Shown piece by piece: positions 1 through 9,195 of a stretch of 40,858 nt of DNA. The position numbers were made by a program, and so were the translations under genes. The first letter of the stretch is position 1; every line of letters starts with the position of its first letter. Location: sequence record SRR31156797_10768. One strand, given 5' to 3'. The notes under the pieces are model-generated. The model was not told the DNA's origin and ran no database searches. It saw only the letters and a list, made by a program, of their open reading frames with translations.

Positions 1-25
1 CCTGGTTCGATTCCAGGTGGTACCA
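1..25 (+). tRNA. 3' end of a tRNA (T-arm, acceptor 3' strand, discriminator A); possibly tRNA-Phe; truncated by window edge
   Basis: CCTGG-TTCGATT-CCAGG T stem-loop followed by TGGTACC-A; CCA not encoded; anticodon lies outside the window, so identity is only by resemblance to Bacteroidota tRNA-Phe 3' ends. Confidence 0.8.
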
Positions 26-27
26 CG

Positions 28-62
28 AAAGAGGAGAAGATTTATATCTTTTCCTCTTTTTT
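28..62 (+). terminator. Intrinsic terminator after the tRNA
   Basis: AAAGAGGAGAAGAT-ttat-ATCTTTTCCTCTTT hairpin (one G-U pair) followed by a T-run. Confidence 0.75.
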
Positions 63-220
63 GTTTTTATTCAATTCTTTTTCCTCAAATTGTTGATTTT
101 TTCATCACTTTTTCCATAAATGTTTGTTCAGGCTCGAACTATTTTTAAAAAGCAAACGTTTTCGATTTAAAATAAAGGTTTTCAAGTGTCTAAGTTCTTT
201 TTTTATTTCAATTATTAGGA

Positions 221-228
221 TATTTTTG
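221..228 (+). promoter_or_regulatory. Bacteroidota -7 promoter element for gpmI
   Basis: TATTTTTG matches TAnnTTTG about 50 bp upstream of the ATG. Confidence 0.45.
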
Positions 229-277
229 CAAGACTTAGATATAGAATAACAGAATATTAGATATAAAATACTTCGAA

Positions 278-1807
278 ATGACAGATAATAAGAAAGCTTT
301 ATTGATGATCCTTGATGGATGGGGAATTGGAGACAAATCAAACTCTGATGTAATTTCATCAGTTGCAACTCCATACATGGATAGTTTGTTGGAAACTTAT
401 CCAAATTCTCAGTTACAAGCAGCAGGTAGATTTGTAGGATTACCTGAAGGACAGATGGGAAACTCTGAAGTAGGACACTTAAATATTGGTGCTGGTCGTG
501 TTGTTTATCAGGATTTGGTAAAAATCAACATGGCAGTAGAGGAAAACACTTTGAAAGATAACGAGCAAGTTGTGAAAGCGTTTACTCATGCAAAAGAGAA
601 TGGTAAAAAAGTTCATTTGATTGGTTTGATTGGTGATGGAGGAGTACACTCTTTAAGTTCACATGCAATTGCACTTTGTGATGCAGCTCAGGCTTTTGGA
701 TTAAAAGATGTTTTCGTTCATGGTTTAACTGATGGACGTGATACAGATCCTAAATCAGGTTTAGGTTTTGTAAGAACTTTTTCTGAGGCAATTGAAAAAA
801 CGGGTTCTGCGAAATTTGCTTCTATCATTGGTCGTTACTATGGAATGGATAGAGATACCAACTGGGATCGAGTAAAACTAGCTTACGATTTATATACAAA
901 GGGAGAAGGTAAAGCTACTTCAAGTGCAGTTGCAGCAATGGAAGAATCATATGCCGAAGGTGTAACTGATGAGTTTATTAAGCCTGCAGTTATGGTTGAT
1001 GTTAATGGAGCTCCTGTAGCTACAATTGAAAAAGGTGATGTTGTTATCTGTTTCAATTTCCGTACCGATCGCTTGCGCCAGATGACAACTGTATTTACTC
1101 AGGAAGATATTCAGGAGTTTGGTATGCATACTATGGATGTAGAATGGTACACCATGACTTGCTACAATGCCAACTTTAAAGGTGTAAATGTAATCTACGA
1201 TAAGGATAACGTTAAAAACACCATGGGTGAGGTTGTTGCAAATGCAGGCAGAAAGCAAATTCGTATTGCTGAAACTGAAAAATATGCTCATGTAACATTT
1301 TTCTTCTCTGGAGGACAGGAAGCTGAATTCGAAGGAGAGAGCCGACTGTTGGTTGCTTCGCCTAAAGTAGCAACTTACGATTTACAACCAGAAATGTCAG
1401 CTCCTGAAGTTGCTGATAAAATTACTGCTGAGTTGAATGCTAAATCTGCTGATTTTGTTTGTTTGAACTTTGCGAATGGCGATATGGTAGGTCATACAGG
1501 TGTTTACGAAGCAATCTCAAAAGCTGTTCAGGCTGTTGATAATTGTGCAAAACAAGTTGTGGAAGCTGCAAAAGCTAATGGTTATGATGTAATTATTATT
1601 GCAGATCACGGGAATGCTGATTTTGCCGTAAATGCTGATGGTTCACCAAATACTGCTCACTCATTAAATCCTGTTCCATGTATTTGGGTTACTGAAAATC
1701 CAAAAGAATTGGAAAATGGTATTCTTGCTGATGTTGCTCCAACATTATTGGACATCATGGAAATTGAGAAGCCTGAGGATATGACAGGAAAATCGTTGAT
1801 AAAATAA
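278..1807 (+). CDS. gpmI: 2,3-bisphosphoglycerate-independent phosphoglycerate mutase
   Basis: [14 protein letters not shown] (catalytic Ser), [45 protein letters not shown] motifs; 509 aa. Confidence 0.97.
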   Translation: MTDNKKALLMILDGWGIGDKSNSDVISSVATPYMDSLLETYPNSQLQAAGRFVGLPEGQMGNSEVGHLNIGAGRVVYQDLVKINMAVEENTLKDNEQVVKAFTHAKENGKKVHLIGLIGDGGVHSLSSHAIALCDAAQAFGLKDVFVHGLTDGRDTDPKSGLGFVRTFSEAIEKTGSAKFASIIGRYYGMDRDTNWDRVKLAYDLYTKGEGKATSSAVAAMEESYAEGVTDEFIKPAVMVDVNGAPVATIEKGDVVICFNFRTDRLRQMTTVFTQEDIQEFGMHTMDVEWYTMTCYNANFKGVNVIYDKDNVKNTMGEVVANAGRKQIRIAETEKYAHVTFFFSGGQEAEFEGESRLLVASPKVATYDLQPEMSAPEVADKITAELNAKSADFVCLNFANGDMVGHTGVYEAISKAVQAVDNCAKQVVEAAKANGYDVIIIADHGNADFAVNADGSPNTAHSLNPVPCIWVTENPKELENGILADVAPTLLDIMEIEKPEDMTGKSLIK

Positions 1808-1830
1808 CAGATTGTAACTGTATATAGAAC

Positions 1831-1869
1831 ATTCCGTATTATCTTTGCGCGATAATACGGAATTTTTTT
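1831..1869 (+). terminator. Intrinsic terminator after gpmI
   Basis: ATTCCGTATTATC-N7-GATAATACGGAAT perfect 13-bp stem plus T-run. Confidence 0.8.
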
Positions 1870-1907
1870 ATCAGCTTGGCTGGTATAATTTTTAAAAGCA
1901 GGAAATA

Positions 1908-2492
1908 GTGTTACAGATAGGGAAAGCCATAGTAAGTCTTGATGTGATTGAAAAGAAATTCATTTGCGATTTCGGCAAATGTAAAGGTGCATGTTGTATC
2001 GAAGGAGATTCAGGCGCACCTTTAGACGAGGAAGAAAAAGCAATTCTTGAAGAAATCTATCCAGATATTAAAGAATATCTTACTGAAAAAGGAATTGAGG
2101 AGATTGAGAAGCAGGGTACTTCAGTGATTGATTCTGATGACGATTTGGTTACTCCCATTATTAATGATAAGGAATGTGTTTACACCATTTTTGAAAATGG
2201 ATCTGCTTTATGCGGTATCGAAAAGGCATATCTTGATGGAAAAATCAAATATCACAAGCCAATTTCATGTTCTCTATATCCAATTCGAATTGATAAATAT
2301 GCCGAATTCGATGCGGTAAATTATAACAAATGGGACATTTGTAAACCTGCTCGCGAATTGGGATTTAAGAATGGTACGCCTGTCTATAAATTTTTAAAAG
2401 AGCCATTGATTCGTAAATATGGAGAAGATTGGTATAAAGAATTGGAATATGCAGCAGAGAATATTGATGAAATCATGAAAATTAGAAAATAG
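1908..2492 (+). CDS. DUF3109-family Cys-rich protein (putative Zn/Fe-S binding)
   Basis: GTG start; FICDFGKCKGACCIEGDSGAPL, CGIEKAY, KPISCSLYPIR, WDICKPA, FLKEPLIRKYG pattern typical of Bacteroidota DUF3109. Confidence 0.8.
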   Translation: MLQIGKAIVSLDVIEKKFICDFGKCKGACCIEGDSGAPLDEEEKAILEEIYPDIKEYLTEKGIEEIEKQGTSVIDSDDDLVTPIINDKECVYTIFENGSALCGIEKAYLDGKIKYHKPISCSLYPIRIDKYAEFDAVNYNKWDICKPARELGFKNGTPVYKFLKEPLIRKYGEDWYKELEYAAENIDEIMKIRK

Positions 2493-2517
2493 CTAATTTT
2501 AAAGAGATATAAAGGAG

Positions 2518-2547
2518 AACAGCGATCGAAAGGTCGCTGTTTTTTTT
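2518..2547 (+). terminator. Intrinsic terminator
   Basis: AACAGCGATC-GAAA-GGTCGCTGTT with GNRA loop, followed by a T-run. Confidence 0.85.
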
Positions 2548-2665
2548 ATGCTAATTGTTTAGTAGGTTGTATTTTGTAAATAATTCTTAAATCTCATATA
2601 TAAATTCTCACGATCTATTGTATATTTACCTTCCAATTTATTTAAATACAATAAACACACTTAAT

Positions 2666-4039
2666 ATGGAGAATATTAAAGCATATATTGAAGAGAATCA
2701 GGAGAGATTCCTTGAAGAATTATTCGAATTAATTCGAATTCCTTCAATTAGCTCGATTGAAGCGAATAAGCCTGATATGTACAAAGCAGCTGAATGCTGG
2801 AAAAAATTAATGCTTGATGCAGGTGCTGATAAGGCTGTTGTAATGGAAACCGAAGGGAATCCAGTTACGTATGGTGAGAAAATTATCGATCCAAGTTTAC
2901 CAACTGTTATGGTTTACGGTCACATGGATGTTATGCCGGTTGATCCTATCGAACTTTGGGATACTGATCCTTTCGAGCCAGTAATTAAAGATGGTAAAAT
3001 TTGGGCTCGCGGTGCTGATGATGATAAAGGACAAGCTTTCATGCACGCGAAGGCTTTTGAATATATGGTGAAGAATGATTGCCTTCCATGTAACGTGAAG
3101 TTCATGATTGAAGGGGAAGAAGAAGTTGGTTCGCCAAACCTTCCTAAGTTCTGTGAAGATAACAAAGAGATGTTACAAGCTGATGTTATTTTAGTTTCTG
3201 ATACAGGAATGATTGCTCCGGATATACCATCGATTACTACAGGACTTCGTGGTTTAATGTATTGGGAAGTTGAAGTAACTGGTCCTAATCGCGATCTTCA
3301 TTCAGGATTGTTTGGTGGTGCTGTTGCTAACCCAATCAATGTATTGGCTAAGATGATTACACAAATGGTTGACGATAATGGTCACATTACCATTCCTGGA
3401 TTCTACGATGATGTTATCGAAGTTACTGCTGAAGAAAGAGCAATGATGGCTGAAGCACCATTTAATGAGGAAGAATACAAAAAAGCTATTGATGTGAAAG
3501 CATTGGCAGGTGAAAAAGGATTTTCTCCTTCAGAGCATACTGGTATCCGTCCATCATTTGATATTTGTGGTATTTGGGGTGGTTACATTGGAGAAGGTGC
3601 AAAAACAGTACTTCCTTCAAAAGCTCACGCTAAGATTTCTACTCGTTTGGTTCCTAACCAAAACTGGGAAAAGATTTCTGTTCTTTTCAAAGAGCATTTC
3701 GAAGCTATTGCTCCAGATTGTGTTAAAGTGGAGGTTACTCCATTACACGGTGGTCAGGGATATGTTTGTCCTATTGATTTCCCAGCTTATATTGCTGCTG
3801 AAAAAGCTTATACTGAAGTTTATGGTAGGCGTCCGGTTCCTGTTCGTTCAGGAGGTTCTATTCCAATCATTTCTTCTTTCGAAGAGATTTTGGGTATCAA
3901 ATCAGTATTAATGGGATTCGGATTGGAAAGTGATGCAATTCATTCACCAAACGAAAATTATCCATTGGAACAGTTTTTCAACGGAATCAACACAATTCCT
4001 TTGTTTTACAAGCACTATGCTGAATTGTTGAAAAAGTAA
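2666..4039 (+). CDS. M20 family metallo-dipeptidase (ArgE/DapE/CNDP2-like)
   Basis: YGHMDVMP, ARGADDDKGQ, EGEEEVGS, DLHSG, GGSIPI, IHSPNE motifs; start moved from TTG 2618 to the ATG at 2666 (MENIKAYI), which has a typical A/T-rich context. Confidence 0.9.
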   Translation: MENIKAYIEENQERFLEELFELIRIPSISSIEANKPDMYKAAECWKKLMLDAGADKAVVMETEGNPVTYGEKIIDPSLPTVMVYGHMDVMPVDPIELWDTDPFEPVIKDGKIWARGADDDKGQAFMHAKAFEYMVKNDCLPCNVKFMIEGEEEVGSPNLPKFCEDNKEMLQADVILVSDTGMIAPDIPSITTGLRGLMYWEVEVTGPNRDLHSGLFGGAVANPINVLAKMITQMVDDNGHITIPGFYDDVIEVTAEERAMMAEAPFNEEEYKKAIDVKALAGEKGFSPSEHTGIRPSFDICGIWGGYIGEGAKTVLPSKAHAKISTRLVPNQNWEKISVLFKEHFEAIAPDCVKVEVTPLHGGQGYVCPIDFPAYIAAEKAYTEVYGRRPVPVRSGGSIPIISSFEEILGIKSVLMGFGLESDAIHSPNENYPLEQFFNGINTIPLFYKHYAELLKK

Positions 4040-4060
4040 TTTGTTAAATTGCTATAAATT

Positions 4061-4092
4061 AAGGGTATTTCCATGTGAAATGCCTTTTTTTT
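4061..4092 (+). terminator. Intrinsic terminator after the dipeptidase
   Basis: AAGGGTATTTC-catgt-GAAATGCCTTT hairpin plus long T-run. Confidence 0.75.
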
Positions 4093-4116
4093 GTTGCAAA
4101 TCAAATTTTGGTATGA

Positions 4117-4124
4117 TAACTTTG
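4117..4124 (+). promoter_or_regulatory. Putative -7 promoter element for the GntR gene
   Basis: TAACTTTG matches TAnnTTTG; TTTG/GTTG lies about 20-23 bp upstream. Confidence 0.5.
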
Positions 4125-4361
4125 CATTCTGCTAATAAGGTTAGGGGATTCTTTATGTGATTGCAAAAATATTTATTATATTACATTGAATTATAATGAT
4201 AATTTCGATCAAAAGTCTTTATAACCTTGAATTTAGCTAAAACAATAGCTAAATTAGTAATGTATAAAATTGGATGATTTAGTAACGTTTTTTGTGTGGA
4301 AAGTTTGTGTGCTAAGATGTGAAACGTTAGAATCGGACAGCTTGAAGTAAATTTGTATTAC

Positions 4362-5078
4362 ATGGATGAAATTTTTGGAAAAATAGGTACGGCTCAAACA
4401 TTAAGTCAAAAAATCGAACGCCGAATCGAAGAAGCAATAAGACAAAAGAAGTTATTGGTTGGAACCAAATTACCTTCTGAGCGAGAATTGTGCGAAATGT
4501 TTGCTGTGAGTCGAACTGCTCTTCGCGAGGCTTTAAGAAGATTGAGTGCTCGAGGATTGATTCAGATCAAAAAAGGTAGTGGAATGTTCGTAAGCGAACT
4601 AAAAGTTGAAGATGCAATAGAATCTTTAAACTTATACTACGATTTAAGTTTCGATAGTGATCTGATTTCTCAAATTATTGAAGTTAGAAGAGTATTTGAA
4701 CCAGAAATTGCGAGAATTGCGGCCCTAAATAGAACAGATGAAGATTTGGCTGTTTTAAATAAAAATATTACTGACCTGGCTGATTGTGATCCGGATAATA
4801 CACAGCTAGAAGCAGATATTATCAATAAATTTCATTTAAATGTAGCCAAAGCAACAGGTAATAAGGTGATGATTATTTCAATGGAACCGATTTATTCATT
4901 GTTACCTAGAATGCGTAATTTAATTTATGCCAATGTAGATGGTGAAAAAGATTTTACTGTAAAGGCACATCGTTCCATTTTTGAAGCCATTCGAGATAAA
5001 AATGGAGATTCAGCTTATAAGGAAATGGCTCTTCAAATCGATCGTACATTAGAAATATATACTCAGCATTTAAAGTAA
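4362..5078 (+). CDS. GntR family, FadR subfamily transcriptional regulator (wHTH + FCD)
   Basis: KLPSERELCEMFAVSRTALREAL...GSGMFV wHTH; FCD-type EVRRVFE, FHLNVAKATGN, HRSIFEAI; ATG 4362 preferred over TTG 4353. Confidence 0.93.
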   Translation: MDEIFGKIGTAQTLSQKIERRIEEAIRQKKLLVGTKLPSERELCEMFAVSRTALREALRRLSARGLIQIKKGSGMFVSELKVEDAIESLNLYYDLSFDSDLISQIIEVRRVFEPEIARIAALNRTDEDLAVLNKNITDLADCDPDNTQLEADIINKFHLNVAKATGNKVMIISMEPIYSLLPRMRNLIYANVDGEKDFTVKAHRSIFEAIRDKNGDSAYKEMALQIDRTLEIYTQHLK

Positions 5079-5096
5079 AATTAAATGAGTGGATGT

Positions 5097-5137
5097 AAAA
5101 AGCGGAGTCTGAAACAAATTTTCAAACTCCGCTTTTT
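5097..5137. terminator. Bidirectional terminator between convergent gntR and murQ
   Basis: AAAAAGCGGAGTCTGAAA...TTTCAAACTCCGCTTTTT with an A-run and a T-run on either side. Confidence 0.8.
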
Positions 5138-5157
5138 GTATTATGTGCGTGTGGTAC

Positions 5158-5994
5158 TTATTCTTTTTTGTATGCTTCAATTGCTTTTTTTACTGAGCCA
5201 TGCTCAAGTAATAAACCTTTCGAGGATTCTTTGTCAAGTTTTAATTCTTCCATGATCATTATGGTTCCTCTCTCAATTAGTTTTTTATTGGTTAACTGCA
5301 TGTTTACCATTTTGTTACCTTTTACTCTCCCCAATTTTATCATCAAACTTGTAGTAATCATATTTAAAATTAGCTTTTGAGCGGTTCCGGCTTTTAACCT
5401 GGTACTTCCAGTTACAAACTCAGGTCCTACAATGGCTTCGATTACAATTTCGGCTTCTTTCGAAACAGGTGCCTCTGGATTGCAGGTAATGCAAGCAGTT
5501 AGTAGACCATGTTCACGAGCTTTTTTTACACCGCCAATTACATAAGGAGTTGTTCCCGATGCAGCAATTCCTAATACCGAATCATTATCGTTAATGTCAT
5601 AATCTTGAAGTTCTGCCCATGCTTTTTCAGGATCATCTTCAGCAGATTCAACAGCACTTCTTAATGCTTTTTCTCCTCCTGCTATCAAACCAATAACGAT
5701 ATTGGCGGGAACTCCAAATGTAGGAGGAAGTTCTGAAGCATCAAGAACGCCAAGTCTTCCACTAGTTCCTGCACCTAGATAAAATAATCTTCCACCCGAT
5801 TTAATTCGATCAATTAAAAGACTAACGAATTTTTCTATTGCAGGAATAGCTTTGTTAACTGCCAAATGAATTTGACCATCCTCTTGATTAATTCCAAGAA
5901 GTAATTCGTTTACCGACATCTTCTCCAGATCAGAAAAATTTGATGGTGCTTCTGTTATTTTGTTATTGGTTTTCTTATTTGGTGTTTTATTCAT
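5158..5994 (-). CDS. murQ: N-acetylmuramic acid 6-phosphate etherase
   Basis: GRLFYLGAGTSGRLGVLDASELPPTF, AVESAED, GIAASGTTPYV, GPEFVTGSTRLKAGTAQKLILNMI, GNKMV. Confidence 0.96.
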   Translation of the reverse strand: MNKTPNKKTNNKITEAPSNFSDLEKMSVNELLLGINQEDGQIHLAVNKAIPAIEKFVSLLIDRIKSGGRLFYLGAGTSGRLGVLDASELPPTFGVPANIVIGLIAGGEKALRSAVESAEDDPEKAWAELQDYDINDNDSVLGIAASGTTPYVIGGVKKAREHGLLTACITCNPEAPVSKEAEIVIEAIVGPEFVTGSTRLKAGTAQKLILNMITTSLMIKLGRVKGNKMVNMQLTNKKLIERGTIMIMEELKLDKESSKGLLLEHGSVKKAIEAYKKE

Positions 5995-6004
5995 GTTTCA
6001 AATC

Positions 6005-6835
6005 TTATTCTTCGATATGGAATTTAATCAAGCCTTCAAGCGGGCTCTTGATTATTTTGCCTAATTGTAGTTTCATTTGTTCAGCAACTACATTTAATTC
6101 GTTTTTAAAATAGTATGCAACACTTCCTATAAAATGAATTGGAAGTGATGAATGATTATTATATTGAGTGATGTTGCGTTCAAAAAACCTGGTGAATTCT
6201 TCTTGAACTAAATTAGTTACATAAGAGTGTTCTATATTTTCGGAAAGAAAAACTGTAAACTGAGCCAAAAAACGGCTCGGTGCTTCTTCTCTGTATACTT
6301 TGTTAATAATATCAGCATATTCTAAATCATGTTTTTTATAAAATGCTTTAGTGATGTCTTCTGGGGCTACTCCTTTTAAAATGTCAGCAATCAGCCTTTT
6401 CCCAAGTACAGCGCCACTTCCTTCATCTCCTAAAATATATCCTAACGGACGAACATTGTGAATGATAGTTTCACCATCATAAAGGCATGAATTTGATCCC
6501 GTCCCAATAATACACGCAATTCCTTTTTCTCTTCCACAAACCGATCTTGCGGCGGCTAAAACATCACTATGAATTTCGCTTGATGCATGCGGAAATACTT
6601 TAAATAAGGCATCTTTTACTTTTTGTTTAGTGCCATCGGTAGCGCAACCTGCTCCATAGAAAAAGATTTGATCAATTGACTGAAAACTTTCAAGAGATTT
6701 AATATTCTCAATTATTGAATTGATGTCTTGATGAAAAGGGTTTATTCCTAAAGTTTGTACTTGTTTATGAACATGCCCTTCATTTAAAAGAATCCAATCC
6801 GTTTTTGTTGATCCGCTTTCCGCAATTAAAATCAT
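6005..6835 (-). CDS. murK: BadF/BadG/BcrA/BcrD-type sugar kinase, probable MurNAc kinase (MurK-like)
   Basis: MILIAESGSTKTDW, FFYGAGC, IIGTGSNS, GYILGDEGSGA, FIGSVA; directly upstream of murQ as in Tannerella; start set to ATG 6835; substrate inferred from context. Confidence 0.75.
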   Translation of the reverse strand: MILIAESGSTKTDWILLNEGHVHKQVQTLGINPFHQDINSIIENIKSLESFQSIDQIFFYGAGCATDGTKQKVKDALFKVFPHASSEIHSDVLAAARSVCGREKGIACIIGTGSNSCLYDGETIIHNVRPLGYILGDEGSGAVLGKRLIADILKGVAPEDITKAFYKKHDLEYADIINKVYREEAPSRFLAQFTVFLSENIEHSYVTNLVQEEFTRFFERNITQYNNHSSLPIHFIGSVAYYFKNELNVVAEQMKLQLGKIIKSPLEGLIKFHIEE

Positions 6836-6851
6836 ATGTTTTTTATTTTTA

Positions 6852-6870
6852 TAACATGTATGATGAGTCA
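6852..6870. promoter_or_regulatory. Putative FadR-type operator, site 1 (murK-murQ)
   Basis: TAACATGTATGATGAGTCA, 15/19 identical to the palindrome at 21658; just upstream of the murK start. Confidence 0.6.
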
Positions 6871-6985
6871 CACTCTGAGGTGAAATTATATTTTAATTTA
6901 GAATTTATCAACTAAATAGCATAAGAAAAGCGTGCTGAAATTATCTCTAAATCCTTTTGTTAATAGGAATTCCACTTTCATGATA

Positions 6986-6993
6986 CAAATATA
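6986..6993 (-). promoter_or_regulatory. -7 promoter element for murK-murQ
   Basis: Reverse complement reads TATATTTG (TAnnTTTG). Confidence 0.5.
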
Positions 6994-7024
6994 TAAAAAA
7001 TATTTGCGGGTTAAAAGTATTATA

Positions 7025-7043
7025 TAACATGTAATACCAATTT
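7025..7043. promoter_or_regulatory. Putative FadR-type operator, site 2 (nagB operon)
   Basis: TAACATGTAATACCAATTT; 17/19 identical to site 6; overlaps the -33 TTTG (7042-7045). Confidence 0.65.
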
Positions 7044-7073
7044 TGGAAAATTTAAAATTCTATCCTATTTTTG
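7042..7073 (+). promoter_or_regulatory. Bacteroidota promoter for nagB (-33/-7)
   Basis: TTTG (7042-7045), 20-bp spacer, TATTTTTG (7066-7073). Confidence 0.65.
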
Positions 7074-7106
7074 ATTCGAAAGTAATTTAAATCAGGAGAT
7101 AGCAAA

Positions 7107-9089
7107 ATGGAAAATCAGATATTACAATTTGGAGGAGAGCTTGATGTAGCTAAGTTGTATTACCAACCATCAGATGAATTCGATAAAACGGTAATGACAA
7201 GATATGAAAAAATGCCTGCTGATATTTTTGCAACAGCTGAGAAAGGTGCAAAATGGGTTGCTCATGAAATTGCAAATTTAATTAGGAAGAAGGCAGATCA
7301 AAATGATTTTTGTGTGCTTGGATTGGCCACCGGTGCAACACCTTTAGGAGTTTATGCAGAATTAGTACGCTTGCATAAAGAGGACGGATTATCGTTTAAA
7401 AATGTGATTACTTTTAATTTGGATGAATATTATCCAATGGTAAATAAGAGTGCGCAAAGCTATAATTATTATATGGATGATGTATTATTTAACCATATTG
7501 ATATACCAAGAGAACAAATTAATGTTCCTGATGGAGAAGTGAGTAAAGAGGGAATATTTAAATATTGTTCTAATTACGAATTGAAAATTGATTCTTTCGG
7601 AGGTCTTGATCTTCAAATTTTAGGAATTGGTAGGACAGGTCATATTGGATTTAATGAACCTGGTTCACAATTAGATTCAAAGACTCGTTTAATCATGCTT
7701 GATTCATTAACAAGACGTGATGCTGCCAAAGATTTTAATGGATTGAATAAGGTGCCAAAAGCTGCTATTACAATGGGAGTTGGAACCATTTTTAAAGCAA
7801 AACGAGTTATTCTAATGGCTTGGGGTGAGGGAAAAGCTTCAATTGTAAAAAAGGCGTTGGAAGAAAGTCAGAGAGATTCAGTTCCAGCAAGTTATTTGCA
7901 GCGTCATGATGATGTGCAATTTGTTTTAGACGTACCAGCAGCGAATGATTTAACACGAGTGAAGCAGCCATGGTTGGTTGGTAGTGTTGAGTGGGATCGT
8001 TTTTGGATTAGAAAAGCAGTTGTTTGGCTTTGTAACACACTAGAGAAGCCCATATTAAAGCTTACCAATAGAGATTATAATGACAATGGCTTAAGTGAAC
8101 TTCTTGCGTGGTATGGATCGGCTTATGAGGTAAATATTAAAGTTTTTAATGACCTGCAGCATACAATATCTGGATGGCCAGGAGGAAAGCCAAATGCTGA
8201 AGATACTTATCGCCCGGAAAGAGCTGTGCCAGCAAGTAAAAGAGTTTTGGTTTTTAGTCCACATCCCGATGATGATGTGATTTCTATGGGTGGAACTTTA
8301 AAAAGATTAGTGGATCAGAATCATGAAGTTCATGTTGCTTATCAAACCTCTGGAAATATTGCTGTTGCTGATGATGAGGCAGTTCGTTACTTGTCTTTTG
8401 TAAAAAGTTTTGCAAGAACACACGATACTAACGAAGGGAATCTTCAGTGTGTTATCGAAGATATTCGTAAGTTTTTACTAGAGAATAAGGAGCCAGGAGG
8501 AATTGATACTCCTGAGGTAAGAAGAATGAAAGCTTTAATTCGAAGAGGAGAAGCTAAAGCTGCTTGTCGATTTGTGGGTGTTCGCTCAAAAAATCTTCAT
8601 TTTCTTGATCTTCCATTCTATGAAACAGGAAAAGTGAAAAAAAATCCAATAGGAGAAGAGGATGTTCAAATTCTTGTTAATTTATTAAGAAAGGTGAAAC
8701 CACACCAAATATTTGCAGCTGGAGATTGGTCCGATCCGCATGGAACTCATCGTGTTTGTTGGGAGGGAATTTATCAGGCTCTTCAAATTGTAAAAGATGA
8801 GGAATGGATGGATAGTTGTTATGTTTGGTTGTATAGAGGAGCTTGGCAGGAGTGGGATTTGGATGAAATACAAATGGCAGTTCCAATTAGTCCGGAAGAA
8901 TTACAACTTAAAAGGAATGCTATTTTACGTCATCAGTCGCAGATGGAATCAGCTCCTTATATGGGTGGAGATTCTCGTTTGTTCTGGCAAAGATCTGAAG
9001 ATAGAAACAGAGCAACAGCTAATTTATTTAATAAGTTAGGCTTAGCAGAATACGAAGCGATTGAAGCATTTGTCAGGTTTATTGTTTAG
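7107..9089 (+). CDS. nagB: Glucosamine-6-phosphate deaminase fused to a PIG-L/LmbE-family deacetylase domain
   Basis: N-terminal LGLATGATP, TFNLDEYY, LGIGRTGHIGFNEPG, AITMGVGTI; C-terminal FSPHPDDDVISMGG, RRGEA, DPHGTHR; 660 aa. Confidence 0.92.
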   Translation: MENQILQFGGELDVAKLYYQPSDEFDKTVMTRYEKMPADIFATAEKGAKWVAHEIANLIRKKADQNDFCVLGLATGATPLGVYAELVRLHKEDGLSFKNVITFNLDEYYPMVNKSAQSYNYYMDDVLFNHIDIPREQINVPDGEVSKEGIFKYCSNYELKIDSFGGLDLQILGIGRTGHIGFNEPGSQLDSKTRLIMLDSLTRRDAAKDFNGLNKVPKAAITMGVGTIFKAKRVILMAWGEGKASIVKKALEESQRDSVPASYLQRHDDVQFVLDVPAANDLTRVKQPWLVGSVEWDRFWIRKAVVWLCNTLEKPILKLTNRDYNDNGLSELLAWYGSAYEVNIKVFNDLQHTISGWPGGKPNAEDTYRPERAVPASKRVLVFSPHPDDDVISMGGTLKRLVDQNHEVHVAYQTSGNIAVADDEAVRYLSFVKSFARTHDTNEGNLQCVIEDIRKFLLENKEPGGIDTPEVRRMKALIRRGEAKAACRFVGVRSKNLHFLDLPFYETGKVKKNPIGEEDVQILVNLLRKVKPHQIFAAGDWSDPHGTHRVCWEGIYQALQIVKDEEWMDSCYVWLYRGAWQEWDLDEIQMAVPISPEELQLKRNAILRHQSQMESAPYMGGDSRLFWQRSEDRNRATANLFNKLGLAEYEAIEAFVRFIV

Positions 9090-9195
9090 ATTTATCAATG
9101 CTTTATTTGGTTTAGGATTTCTTTATCCTAATTTGAGTTTTTTTTTGTTCAATTGTTATTGATTTACAGTGATATATTCAACTATGAATACTATT

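Noticed and set aside
105-404. 99-aa minus-strand ORF, and the other short ORFs nested in or antisense to long genes (e.g. 947-1291, 3510-3911, 9878-10444, 15438-15749, 16703-17029, 30228-30536)
   Set aside because: They overlap well-supported genes, show no recognisable motifs and look like shadow ORFs
2585-2599. 15-bp exact reverse-complement match to 17094-17108
   Set aside because: Short and AT-rich; a few such matches are expected by chance in 41 kb, and no partner arm was seen nearby
2666-4039. M20 dipeptidase as the Ala-Glu hydrolase of the locus
   Set aside because: Chemically plausible, but it has no operator copy, has its own terminator and is cytoplasmic; adjacency alone is insufficient
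1-4361. tRNA-anchored genomic island carrying the PG locus
   Set aside because: Housekeeping genes separate the tRNA from the locus; no integrase, transposase or repeat of the tRNA 3' end was seen
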